64,000 nucleotides of DNA from Oopsacas minuta. Taxonomy: Eukaryota; Animalia; Porifera. Location of the stretch: assembly GCA_024704765.1 (NCBI GenBank), contig JAKMXF010000110.1, positions 434,001 through 498,000 of the forward strand, written 5' to 3'. The notes under the pieces were generated by a model that worked only from the letters and a program-made list of their open reading frames with translations, did no database searches and was not told the origin of the DNA. Made by a program: the position numbers and the translations under genes. Below, piece after piece: positions 50,301-60,834 of the stretch (positions are counted from its first letter, which is position 1; each line of letters starts with the position of its first letter).

Positions 50301-53300
50301 CAGAGCCTCTGCCACATGGGTACCTCCTAAAGAGAATCCCTACACTGGCCTATGGGCTAAAGAAATGGTTATTCCTGTAGACAGATTCGCGGCAGAACTG
50401 CTTCTGTTGCAGTACGGAACAGTTGGGTCTTATATTGTACGTCCTAAAGTGGAGGGTCTTAAGAGAGATTACGTTATTTCAATACGGTCAGTTGATCAGG
50501 ACTTAGTACAGATTCTAACTTAGCCTATCTAGAGAATATTTTTACTTCTATTCGAAGAATTTTTGTCCTTTCTAATAACTGGGAACTTTAACTTCCGTTA
50601 CATCGGAGCTCATTGAACCGCGATAATTAAGAGAAATCCGAATACCCGTAGAAATACATCTATATATTACTTTGACGCTTTGGGACAATATTTGTATAAT
50701 TTCAGTTTTCGATATATCAGTGTTTGATATAACTGGAGTTGAATGTAGTTTTTAATTCTCAAATTCTTCGCCCCAAACACTGACTAGTAATAATGTTCTT
50801 GCAAAAATACTGTGTAGGCCAGCAATAATCATAACAGTATTACATTTTCAATTGCCGAATCATCTTCAATTGATTTATTTTAACTTTTTCCTTACGAAAA
50901 ATAATATCTGTAAAATCATGATAAGGATAAGAAGAATTACTACAGGTACACCTGTACAGCATATCCATTGGGATGATTAATATCTAATTTTATCATTTTT
51001 AGTGATAGCATTTGTATTCATGGCACAATCATCAAAAGAAAATTATCGGATAATTTAGAATATATTTTACGAGTTACTTCCTGTTAAATTTTTATACTTT
51101 AAGCTATTATTAATTATGTCAATTTCTAAAAATATGAAGTATTGCCCATTCTTTCAGTAAATGAAGTAATCATTATTATTCAATTTGTTAAGGTTTGTTT
51201 TTATTTATATTTTCATATAATATTGAAAATCTTCGTTGCACTGAATTAATTTGACTTATAATTTGGTGACAAAATCGAGTGTTTTACTGTAAAATTCAAA
51301 GAAACATATTTTTCAGATCCTTTAAAGGTGTTCTAGTTACAGTTTTATCGAATTTATTTGTAATTTATTGTATTTCATAGAAGGATGCTATACCCTATAA
51401 CCCCACTAACATTCTACATTTCTCAATTATAATAATATCTGTTCGTCTGAGCTATTTATAGTAGATTACCAGATATATAATGTTGCTATATTTTAATGAA
51501 CATCTAAGTATTAGATATCACCGTATGACTCGAGTAGGCGATTGCACTTTTATATCATAATTGTACTGCAGAGGAGGTATTCTAGTTTATGTGCTAAATA
51601 CAAGTTAGATGAACTTAGTAGAATTTGATATAGTAGCTCCGCGCGGTTGTCACGAGTTTAATATGGCTGTAGGATAGAATGCAATTTATGCAATAATTAC
51701 TAATTAGAAATTGAATACCTTTGAAATGTGTATACGTTAATATCACGATGGAATGATTTTACTGTATATGCTTTAAAGAAATGATTACAATCAGTTGTGG
51801 CTAGGTTACATCTTGAAGGGTTGGAGCAGTTCCTAAATTTACAAAATTGCGATACGATGGTCCTCAAAGCTATTCCTCCCCCCAAGAATGGTATCATCCA
51901 TGAGTACAGGTATTTCTGGTCAAGCACTGGACGTGCAGAAACTCTTTTTTAGACTGTAGCACATTGACTCTATACATATTTGAGTCTCATTGTCGGCCTT
52001 TTGTGCCCTTCATGGCTGCTGAACTGACACAATCCTTGGTTAAGACATGCCTTATGTACTTAGGAGTTATACTCAGAAGTTATAACCATAAATTATCATA
52101 TTTCTAATTAGCTATAATCCAATTTCTTTATAACAACGTGAGTATTTCTTACAATTATCTCTCTACACTTATATACACTTCTAGAACCTGATTACTGTAA
52201 TTCTAGCGACCCTTACAACTAGCAACTTGAATATCAGAATTCTGAATTTCCTCGAGAACTTTAATTTTTCAAATTCTCTGTAATTATGTCACTACTCTTA
52301 AGCCGAGCCTATTACAGCTAATATTTCTAAATATAAATTATTGATTATACATTAAGGTTAATCTAGTCATGGCTTATATCAGAAATTTAGCCTATAATAT
52401 TACCCTCTGAATAGCCATACGCCCTTTAGGTTGTCTTGTGACTATGCTTGAACTTTCTCTCATGGGCAGGTCTATTTGTAATTAAAGTATGTCTCTCAGA
52501 GATGAGAAATAGTTCTAATTTTGTGAGTAGATCAGGTATTAACTCAGATATAACTACAGCAATTCATAATATGAATTGAATTCGAGGTCCCTAGCACTTC
52601 GTTATAGCGATTATTATTGTATTTGCTTGTAAAACATTTCCTCTAATTTTTTGCATTTGTCAACAGAAACTTAGATTAAAACTTTGGCTTAAATATTCAG
52701 CAAATAAATATTCCGTTATATTTAGTATACAAAGGAAATTTGTAAATGCATTGTATACTTTAATTTGCTTTGATTGCTATTTGTTATTCTTGATTCTTCT
52801 AAATTTTGAATATTCACTTACCCACATTTCTATGAAATGAATTTTTACAAAGAAACCTCGTGTATACATGGTGGAGTATGACTTGGTACCAGGGCATGTC
52901 CAGATAATCGAGGTTGCACTATAATTGGATCAATATAGCATCTAAAAATGGATCGTGTGCAGACCTGGTGTTGATTACTTTACTACTGAGTGATTACAAT
53001 TATGATTACTTTCTGCTCGATTACAATAGTAATCGTAACCAATCCCTAGGTTGGTTGTATATCTACATTTTTGAGATCCTGTGGACCCCCTGCTGTCGTC
53101 GGGGGAGCATCCAAGGGGTTCATTGATCCCAGGTTGGCAACCGTGGAATTACCCATATACGATTAGAATAGGAATGAAGGTGCGTTCCCTTCCCATAACA
53201 CAGTTACAATATGATCCAATCCAAACTATTAGTTTCAACAAAATCGCCTTGTAATACCAGACGGTATTTCCAGAATTTCCTTACCCACATTTTATTACGA

Positions 53301-56300
53301 ATACATTTCTAATAATAATTTTTAGTAGTAATGACTCACTATTCTCCCACACAAACCTGTTTTAGATAGAAATAACCTTCTATATATGTATTTATATCTT
53401 TATTAATAGTATACTATTAGCTATTTAATAATTTAGCTTACACTATATTGAATATGTCTGATTCAGATGTATTGTCTATACTAACAGCTAACCGCGAGAA
53501 TTCCTTCGATAAAACCGATGGAATTTATGTTACTTTGGGGGTTTAGAACCATATTTATACAATTTCAAACTTCGATATAAGCGGGTATTTATATCTTCGT
53601 GTTCGATATAACTGGAGTTAACTGTGTTATTCTTTTTAGAACTGAGAATGACGTAACTCATGTCAAGGTAGTTGAGGGAGAGAATGGTTATTCTCTTCCT
53701 AACTCTACTGATGCTACTCCTAGCTTAGAACAGTTCGTAGAAGTATTTACCTTCAAGGAGAGTCAGTTAGCTAATATCTCTCTCAAACCGGTTAGACTCC
53801 CAACTGAAAAGATTGAAGAGTTCAAGAAGAAAGGTTGTTGTAATTATAGTGTAATACACACAAATATGGGTCTGGAACGCCGAAAATAATGTATTATAAT
53901 ATTCCTACTGGTTGTATCCCACAAACGTTGAAGAAATGACAAGAATCTTCGAACAAATATTTCTTCACCTTTGAAGTACTAAGGTATTTCCCTGAAAACT
54001 ACTGTACGAATGAACTTCAGCGCTTATCAGTAATAATATCAGACTACCAGTATATTACAGTGTTAATTTCCTGTAGTAAGGTAGTTATAATTCTAATTTG
54101 CTAACTATTGTTGGTATATCTTGACATATTTTTGTTTCTGTTCCAATGCAATGGAATACTTTCCAAATACACAGTGAAATTCGGCATAACTTAATTGTTG
54201 TAATTTCAATTCGGTAGGAAATGCTTTCCAATTTTTGTGTAAAGACAAATTGATTCCTTTACAATTTGGAATCTTCTCCAGCCATTATGACTGACTGATT
54301 TTCCAATTTTCCTTTTCTGCTTATGTAAAACTGATGAATTTTCGAAGAAATATTGTTGCAACTTCCATAAATCATAAATATACATTGATAAGTGATTGAT
54401 AATTCATAATATCTTATTAATGGTTTAACCTTAATTAAAATCATGCAACCTAGCTATTTCTATATTTAATCCTAATTTCAACTCTTTAATTATTGTTACA
54501 TAACCGGAGAGATCGGTGCACATACTCTTGATCAGCTGATTAATCAAATAAATATTAATCACATTCCATTTATCCGCGTAAGTTGTCGACTAACTGATTA
54601 TCCTGACTGTCTTCTATGAATAGCAACTATTGGATGTATACGTATATGTTTGTTACTTTCTAAAGCTATTCTATTTATAATTTAATTCACGTAGTACAAA
54701 CGATATGGATTTACATCTAATAAGTTTCTCTTCGTCATAGTAGATTAATGAATCACAGTTACGAATATGAGATTTTTGCCAGCATTAGTAGCAGTTCGAA
54801 AATTCCGATTTTGGCAGGATAAACTCTTAGTTCAGTGTCATGCCCCGCAATTTGTGTCCTTCATGGCTGCTCACTTTTGGGTACCCGCCAAAACACCTTA
54901 ATAAATCCCTGCGTTCAGCTTATGGCCGAAATGCGTGACGTCATGCATTTTGAGATTCTAAAGCTCGGTATGAAAGCCTCAATATTTATTTAGTACAATC
55001 CGCATTACGTCAAAATTATTTAAATATTTAATGACTTTTTTGGATTATCTAACCCGAACTTTTGTACATTCTGACTTGTAACTCATTAGAAATAATGTGT
55101 GCATACTCTAGGCTGTTATATTAGTCTCAATATTGTGTACACCTCATTCGTATAATGTTGATTCTTCAGTAAATTTGTTATTTTAAGAATTCTAATTAAT
55201 TTAAATATTTTGATAAATTACTGTCTAGAGAAATTACTTGCAGTATCATATAGTATGAAGATACAAAAATGTGCATTTTCTGGTATTTGTATGCTATTTT
55301 TGTAAGTTTCATACACCGATAGTTAAGCCTTTTAAATGTGTTGAATACAATTAAATTCCTCATTTTCACGTCGAGTTGTTTCTTAGAAATTGTTTGACCT
55401 AAAATTTGAATTGTGTGGATATATTGTTTGTGTATTATGCCATGAGGTTGTAGCCCTATCATATAGGTATCAAGTAAGAGTTTAAACCTGGAAAAGTTGG
55501 TCATATTGAAACTCGACCAACTGGACCATCTCTCTCTTATGTGCTTGAATGATACACATTCAATTCGTTTCAGGCAGTTTGCCCCAATATAGCTGTGTTC
55601 CCGATTAACCTATAAATAATAGTATTACCCCTATGGTATGAGTTGTAATTAGGATTCGCAATTAACAACCAGTAAGGTCAGATGCTAGGCAATAAACTAC
55701 GCAGAATAATTCTGGTATGATGTTCACAAAAATTATCAGGAATTCTCTATTAATGAAGCATTCAAGTAGAGCAATTATGAGAACAAGAGAGATAATATTA
55801 TCATATATACTATCAAGCCATACGTGACATAGAATAGAGGCGATATAACTAATTGGCTATCGTTATAAGAGACTTTTGGGGAAATCTGACTTATAATTCA
55901 TAGAATAAATAACGAATATACATGTAACATACTTTAATATTTCATATGTGCTTATTAGTTGGTATGGTATGGTTTGGATTATTATGTAGTAATATTTGAT
56001 TGCATGTTATTTCTGTCATAGATGAAGAGCGTAGAGGAACACAAGCTGTTCAGGGTACACTCCCTCCTGTGGTTAAGAAATGTGCCCTGAAGAAAGGGCA
56101 ATCTGTTGAGGACCTACTCAAATCTCTCCCTCCTCCATTTGTGCACGCAACCATGACCACGTCCACCAGTGGTTATGAAGGGGACACAGACACCCTTGAG
56201 TCAATCCCTCCCACTCCTCCTCCCCCTTTCTGTCCCGATATGGCCTTCAGCCCGGCGACATCCACTAGAGATATATCAGAGCATAAATTAGCTCATACTT

Positions 56301-57836
56301 CACTAGCAGCAGCTAATGAACGTTCCTGTTCTTTCACTGCTCTTAATTCATCTCTTATTATTCCAGAAGATAGCATTGTTGATTCAGTGACTAATCTCAT
56401 TGATAGTTTTGGTTAGTTTGTGTAATACAGTCGACTACCGTTACATCCAACAAGGAAATTTTGAAATTCCCATTATATAGAAGTCCCAAACTGCCAAAGT
56501 AACATAATTTTCAACGGTTATGTCTAAGTAATTATCGTGGGGGACAGACATATTATTAATCTTATCACGAGCAATTAGTTTATGTTTCCTATTTAGCATC
56601 TTGTCCAGTCCTCCAAGAACAACCTCTAAGTCCTACTCCTCCTAGGAAAAATCTAACCCAGAGAGTTTCAGCAATACACACTCCATTACCTCCTGTTCCA
56701 ATACACTCTCCAAGTTTGAATAAAAAGTTGAAAGATTCCTTTCCTAACACTTCACCGGATGTTCAGGACTATATGTTCAATGAGTATGATCATCCCCTTG
56801 CTCCCCCTGTCCCATTCCGACCCCATGCTCTGACTAAACCTACTTCTGAGAATGATTTCAAGGGAATGTGGAGAAATCAGAAACCTGATAGCAGGATTAA
56901 GAGACAAAGACCTCTCTCTATTAAAATGACAAGGTTTGTATTATTTGTTCGTTCTGTATATTAAATACTCCGAAAGATTATAAGTTTCCATTAAACAAAG
57001 TCTTGTGCTGTCGGCACAGAATAAAATTTAACATTTTTACAGCTCAGTTCAGGATTTCCGTCCACCAATGCCCTCGAGCATCAGTACTATAGACTTCTCA
57101 TCTCCACAACGTTCAGATTCAGACCTGGCTAGAACGAGAAAGGGTAGTGTTGGATCCCGACCCTTTAATGTCAACCCAATTGGTCCTACCAACAGATATC
57201 ATACTCAGGTGGAGCGTAAAATTAGTACAAACCTTTTCCCTACTCAACCTACTCTACCTATCGTAGAGGACAGACCTACATCACAGCTTACTCCTGAGCC
57301 TATACAGGAGCCTGATGCTGTTGATGATAATCTACCGGATATTGAGGGTTGGAGCATTGAAGAGGTAAGTCATTATTCGTGCTTCTTTAAGTAGTTTGTT
57401 GATGTAGAGTATATCTCATATTATCTATTGAATATTACACTCAATGGGTCACATAGATTAATTGGTTCCCAACCTTTTTTCACTCATGGACCAGGATTTG
57501 ACCCCCTATACCAACTTTAACGCATTCTGTGGACCCCTTGCTGTCGTCCATGGACCGCCAAGGGGTCCATGCCTCACAGTTTGGGACCGTTGCACCGAAG
57601 GATGTCTGTTTTCAAGCTGTTGGTACATATCTTTTTATTTGTGTATTTATCAGGTTGGGACTTGGCTAGAAGAAATTGGACTTCCTCAATACAAAACTAC
57701 ATTTTCAGATAACGATATAGATGGATCTGTTCTTACAATGCTAACTAATGAGAATCTCAAAGATGATATAGGGATTACTTCCTTCGGACATCGAGCCAAG
57801 ATCATCAAACAGATAAAGAATATACAAAAATATTAA
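44356..57836 (+). CDS. Multidomain signalling adaptor: IQGAP-type calponin-homology domain, Tyr/Ser-rich linker, SH2, SH2, Pro-rich region, C-terminal SAM; 13 exons, 1167 aa by my model
   Basis: Exons 44356-44642, 44866-45031, 45256-45481, 45828-46157, 46676-46995, 47179-47481, 49793-49981, 50230-50486, 53640-53833, 56022-56411, 56597-56933, 57043-57364 and 57654-57836 all join by GT-AG in matching phase (3504 nt). CH: AYEYLCRMEEFRRY..LSNGVWLCQL..GLVYRHQQNICLFL. SH2-1: YYGMKKAQSEKYL..GSFLLR..LTFSFR..IKHFKI. SH2-2: VDRFAAELLL..GSYIVRP..YVISIRTENDVTHVKV. SAM: WSIEEVGTWLEEIGLPQY..NDIDGSVL..DIGITSFGHRAKII. Confidence 0.8.
44690..44842. mobile_element. MITE family A, degenerate, in intron 1 of the CH-SH2 gene
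   Basis: ttacaaatatggtcccaaacc..gttatatcgaag..ccgcgataattacttcgatatatccgtgtt..gagagttgact. Confidence 0.6.
45080..45181. mobile_element. hAT-like MITE (family D; TIR CAGCGGTTCCCAACC)
   Basis: cagcggttcccaacc ... ggtttggtaccgctg are inverted termini, with internal gtggtccacggac. No target-site duplication is visible. Confidence 0.6.
45530..45795. mobile_element. Interspersed repeat family E in intron 3 of the CH-SH2 gene
   Basis: The reverse complement aligns with 28190-28400. Confidence 0.6.
46186..46364. mobile_element. MITE family A in intron 4 of the CH-SH2 gene
   Basis: tacaatcaactcttgttctatcgaagctcaagggaccg ... ttcgatataatgggagttaactgt. Confidence 0.78.
47018..47120. mobile_element. 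MITE family A in intron 5 of the CH-SH2 gene
   Basis: cagtcaactcctattatatcgaagctcaagggaccgcgata ... tttgatataacgggattttactgta. Confidence 0.75.
47942..49348 (-). CDS. SLC49A3: Intronless MFS transporter of the SLC49/FLVCR family (closest to SLC49A3/MFSD7), nested antisense in intron 47482-49792
   Basis: 468-aa ORF with about 12 hydrophobic segments; WRWYIL, INYISSIYFI, SPAKLASVWFAENERVLANSIA, FVDRTKWFEEVSK, ELAVEVTYPIA. Confidence 0.82.
   Translation of the reverse strand: MSGNINDSIPLLQPIYKPHPWRWYILTSLALFAFSHGINLLTFASVYRYASEYYQVTEIEINYISSIYFIGGVVGAPLGMYVMDTFSLREALWLGTILNFLGTSIRLLSAYLPMNIPYLGYVTAIIGQFTIALAQSYALISPAKLASVWFAENERVLANSIATLSGVLGNGASMLVSTAIVQSTGNLPILLIATTVLSFVAMAMTVFGVWKKKPTVPPSPSAEEGMKTLPGVKKLLRNWRFLFLCVVWMLQGGMGNSFLVLYPQFICPYGYSQLYAGIIGSIGILSGMIIGIFVGYFVDRTKWFEEVSKFTMGISILCSILILEVFRIPNQPYLVAFAEISYAIFAIIQIPVFMELAVEVTYPIAVATCSGILYTCGELFGSVLTFSAPYFGKQPDSKYIHISQCGVSVNTTVNSSIQGLDYTYFLYFTNALSIAVLIVYVFGFKPKYNRISAEREIKRQQQVEAQVM
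49990..50108. mobile_element. MITE family A, degenerate, in intron 7 of the CH-SH2 gene
   Basis: ctcgttaaatgaaagctaaagggaccgc..atatgttactttgacggttt..ataatttca..ttcgataaaaaactgta. Confidence 0.55.
50586..50747. mobile_element. MITE family A in intron 8 of the CH-SH2 gene
   Basis: aacttccgttacatcggagctc..ccgcgataatt..tactttgacgctttgggac..tttgatataactggagttgaatgta. Confidence 0.7.
53070..53145. mobile_element. hAT-like MITE remnant (family D)
   Basis: ctgtggaccccctgctgtcgtc..ccaaggggttc..caggttggcaaccg matches 57525-57592. Confidence 0.5.
53480..53625. mobile_element. MITE family A next to the acceptor of intron 8 of the CH-SH2 gene
   Basis: atgttactttg..ccatatttatacaatttcaaacttcgatataagcgggtattt..gttcgatataactggagttaactgt. 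Confidence 0.7.
56426..56545. mobile_element. MITE family A, truncated, in intron 10 of the CH-SH2 gene
   Basis: tacagtcgactaccgttacatc..gtcccaaactgccaaagtaacata..gtaattatcgtgg. Confidence 0.6.
57460..57592. mobile_element. hAT-like MITE (family D) in the last intron of the CH-SH2 gene
   Basis: ggttcccaaccttttt..catggacc..tgtggacccc..ggggtccatg..agtttgggaccgttg. Confidence 0.6.
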
Positions 57837-59626
57837 CTATTCTACGTGTGTATGTATATGTTGACACTCTCTATATAGTGTTTTAGTTCATATAGTTATT
57901 TTTGTGTAATTAAAGATCGTATATCATCCGGTTCAATTTCTACATTTATTGCTGAATTAGATGTGATAATCGAACTATCAATTAGCAGATGTATTGTTAT
58001 TAATAGAAAGTGCAGAGTTTGTTAATTATAGTTCATTTTCAGCAATCAATATTGCGCAATACGAATACTTTACGGAGATTAATCTTGTCTAATTTTAATT
58101 ATTGAAAAACAAATTTATAACATACAGTGAGTGGTATTCGCCTAATAACAAGGGACTTTAGAGTCCATTTTTTATTAGAAATTATTCATCAGAGCGAGGA
58201 GGCAAGTAAGAATCTTTGCGTCATAAATATTCTAATTTCAATAGGGAGATGAGGGAAAGGGGAAAAATGCGGAGAGGCTCCTCTGCCTCAATACTAGTAA
58301 TGCATAACGCTCCTGGCTTAAATACATTAGAACATTTAATTATGATGAACTTGTGTAATGCGACCAATTCGGAGTCCCTTCAGGTTGTTAACACGTTCAA
58401 TTCATGCGTTGAATCCAATGAGGGCATTTGGGCGTAGGCGTAGAAAGTAATGAACTATTTAGGGAAATATCTAATCAATTTATCATATCTTAATTTAGCT
58501 ATAACCATGCTCCCAACGTCATTGTATTCACTATTGTTGCGATATGATGATTCAAGCTATGTCTTTATCCAAATACTCATTCTATCGTCATAGTACAATT
58601 CCACTGAAGAAAATAGTCCAATATTTCGTATAATATTTCAAAGCGATAATAGTATCATGCACACTACCACAATATGCTAATAATAGAATCTATTCAGCTT
58701 AACAATATAATTCATAAATATGTAATTTAAGACTTCGTGGCTTGGTAGATTCCTATTGTTAGAATATGGCTTGATAATTACCACTGGTGATTAACATAGA
58801 GACCGTAATGCTGCTATGGAATGTGATCACTAATTAGAACATATTCATACATTCCATTTGTTTCTGAAAAATAACTTTTCTAACCTGATTACTATCTGAT
58901 CATTATTTTGATTTCAAACTCTCGTTGTTAGTTTCATTATAAGCGGCTATAGGATGGGGTAAGAATCACTACGTTAAAAATGGGAGTTTCCCTATGTTCC
59001 CATATTACACAGGACCTAACAAATGTTTACTGATGTTATTGCATTTATACGAATATTCCCAGCTTATGGAATCCGTGTTTCTTTGCTTATACATTTATTC
59101 TACTTCAGTATTATTTTGCTTGTGATTGAGCTATAATAATATCTACAATAAGATAATTATATTTCATAAATAGATTTTACAGATTGCAACTTTATCCATC
59201 TGCTATTTGGCTGACTAATATTACAAACCAATTGTAATTGGAGCCTTTGAGGGGGGGCCTTGAGTAATAGTTCATTCATTCAGGAACTTCGTACACTTCG
59301 CTTTTCTCCACCAACCATGCAAATAACTATAAGAATCAAAGATAACAATTTGTGTTGCCGTTTCCCATTGCCTCCATTTGTTAGTATAATTAGTTGTATT
59401 CATGCCTAATTGATTTGATAGGATATTTTGTTGTTTGTTTATTACTAATTACTCATACACTTAATTAATATAATGATACTCTCATTAAAAAATACTATAA
59501 TGTCACATCGAACATCTATCAGTAACTTTGAAATAAACAACTCATTCGACCTACATTCCTTTTGGCGTCCTATTGTGGCGTGGTACGCCCATTTAGCCCT
59601 CTCCCCTATCGGGGAGCTTACAGGAT

Positions 59627-60834
59627 CTATGGGGTAAACTCCCAAGGCTGGGAACTAGAGGCTCCAGTTGTTAATGTAGTTTCTAAAGTCTGTGGCTGTA
59701 CACAAGGAATGTCTCCGTAAAGACAGTTGTCAAATTCCATGAGTTGACCTATGAAACCAATGTTGGGGTCGATGCATGGCCTTTGTAGCTTTACAAATTG
59801 GATAGTGCCTTCAAACCTCCACTGCCTTGACCACATAAGGTATGCAATTACCATAGTGGAAGATCGCGATACACCCGCATGGCAATGTATAAGAACACGG
59901 CCTTGTTTTGTCTTTGCTGCATCAATGAATGCGAATGCCAGTTTGAAAAATTCTTTGAGTGATTGCCTATGAGAATCCATGGCAGGGAGTGATAAATAGT
60001 GAATTTTGTTTTCAGAGAAATTATTAGGGATATCTGTCGTCATGTTGATGATATGTGTGATGCCGTTAGCTTGCAGAACTCTCAAGTTTGTTGCATCTTC
60101 TCTTCCCGAAATGTAGAGTGTCTCTGTGATTCGGGAGATAGGATTAGTTATTCTTGCAGGCTCCGGCAAAGAATACTCGGCTTTTACTACTGAAGAAACT
60201 GTGCATAGAGTTCGGCAAGATGTACAGAGGTGAGGAAACATTGATGAAAAACTTTCGAAACCACCTAAAAAATTGAAAAAATATTATAAAACAATATTCG
60301 AAGAAAGTGCTTATTCTGTTTTTAAAGAAATTTCAATTTACCTTGTAAATAATGCGTATTGTCACCAAAGATGGAAAGTAATTTTTCTACGAGGATTGTA
60401 GCAAAAGAAGTTGGGTTCTCGAAGTCTTTCATGCCTTTTTCTGTATGGCAGATAATTGCAGATTTTATTTCAGAAACATCTCGACATTGCATTTTTGATT
60501 CCTTGATCAGATCAAGCGGTGAAATTATACCTTTCTTGAGTCTCCTTTGGATTAAACTGGTTGAAGCGATATTGACGGCATTTATAATGTGATTCTGGGT
60601 ATAGTTGCAGAAAGGACGTATGTCTATTACTATTACTGGAGTTGTACTCGATAGAATCTGAATAGAAAGAAAAATCATAAAATATATTTCAATAAAATAA
60701 ATGCAAATAATTTTTGGAATTTTCATAAAACTTACCGAAGACAATATTTCTGCTTCGATGCCGGACAGATTTGGGTTGGTCCTGGATGCGTAGCAGCCCA
60801 ATCCTGCAGGTAGTGATTGTGTCATTGAAACCAT
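59627..60834 (-). CDS. Dual-specificity MAP kinase phosphatase (rhodanese/CH2 + DSP), 3 exons (60834-60736, 60657-60342, 60264-59627)
   Basis: VIDIRPFCNYTQNHIINAVNI, kinase-interaction motif IQRRLKKG, YLQG|GFESFSSMFPHLC, catalytic VLIHCHAGVSRSSTMVIAYLM, RPCIDPNIGFIGQL. The DUSP subfamily is not resolved. Confidence 0.92.

Noticed and set aside
51700-51927. Minus-strand ORF starting LDQKYLYSWMIPFLGGG, faintly like the CYP4 'FLKPWLGEGLL' segment
   Set aside because: No following W..RR..TPAFH motif and no heme-binding or other P450 motif nearby in any frame. Treated as chance.
58216-58437. 73-aa ORF in a moderately GC-rich patch after the SAM exon
   Set aside because: No recognisable motif or splice support, and the upstream gene already ends at 57836.
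60658-60735. Hydrophobic insert (VSFMKIPKIICIYFIEIYFMIFLSIQ) suggesting a membrane-anchored DUSP
   Set aside because: It is a 78-nt in-frame GTAAGT...TTCAG intron without a stop codon, AT-rich and best explained as spliced out.
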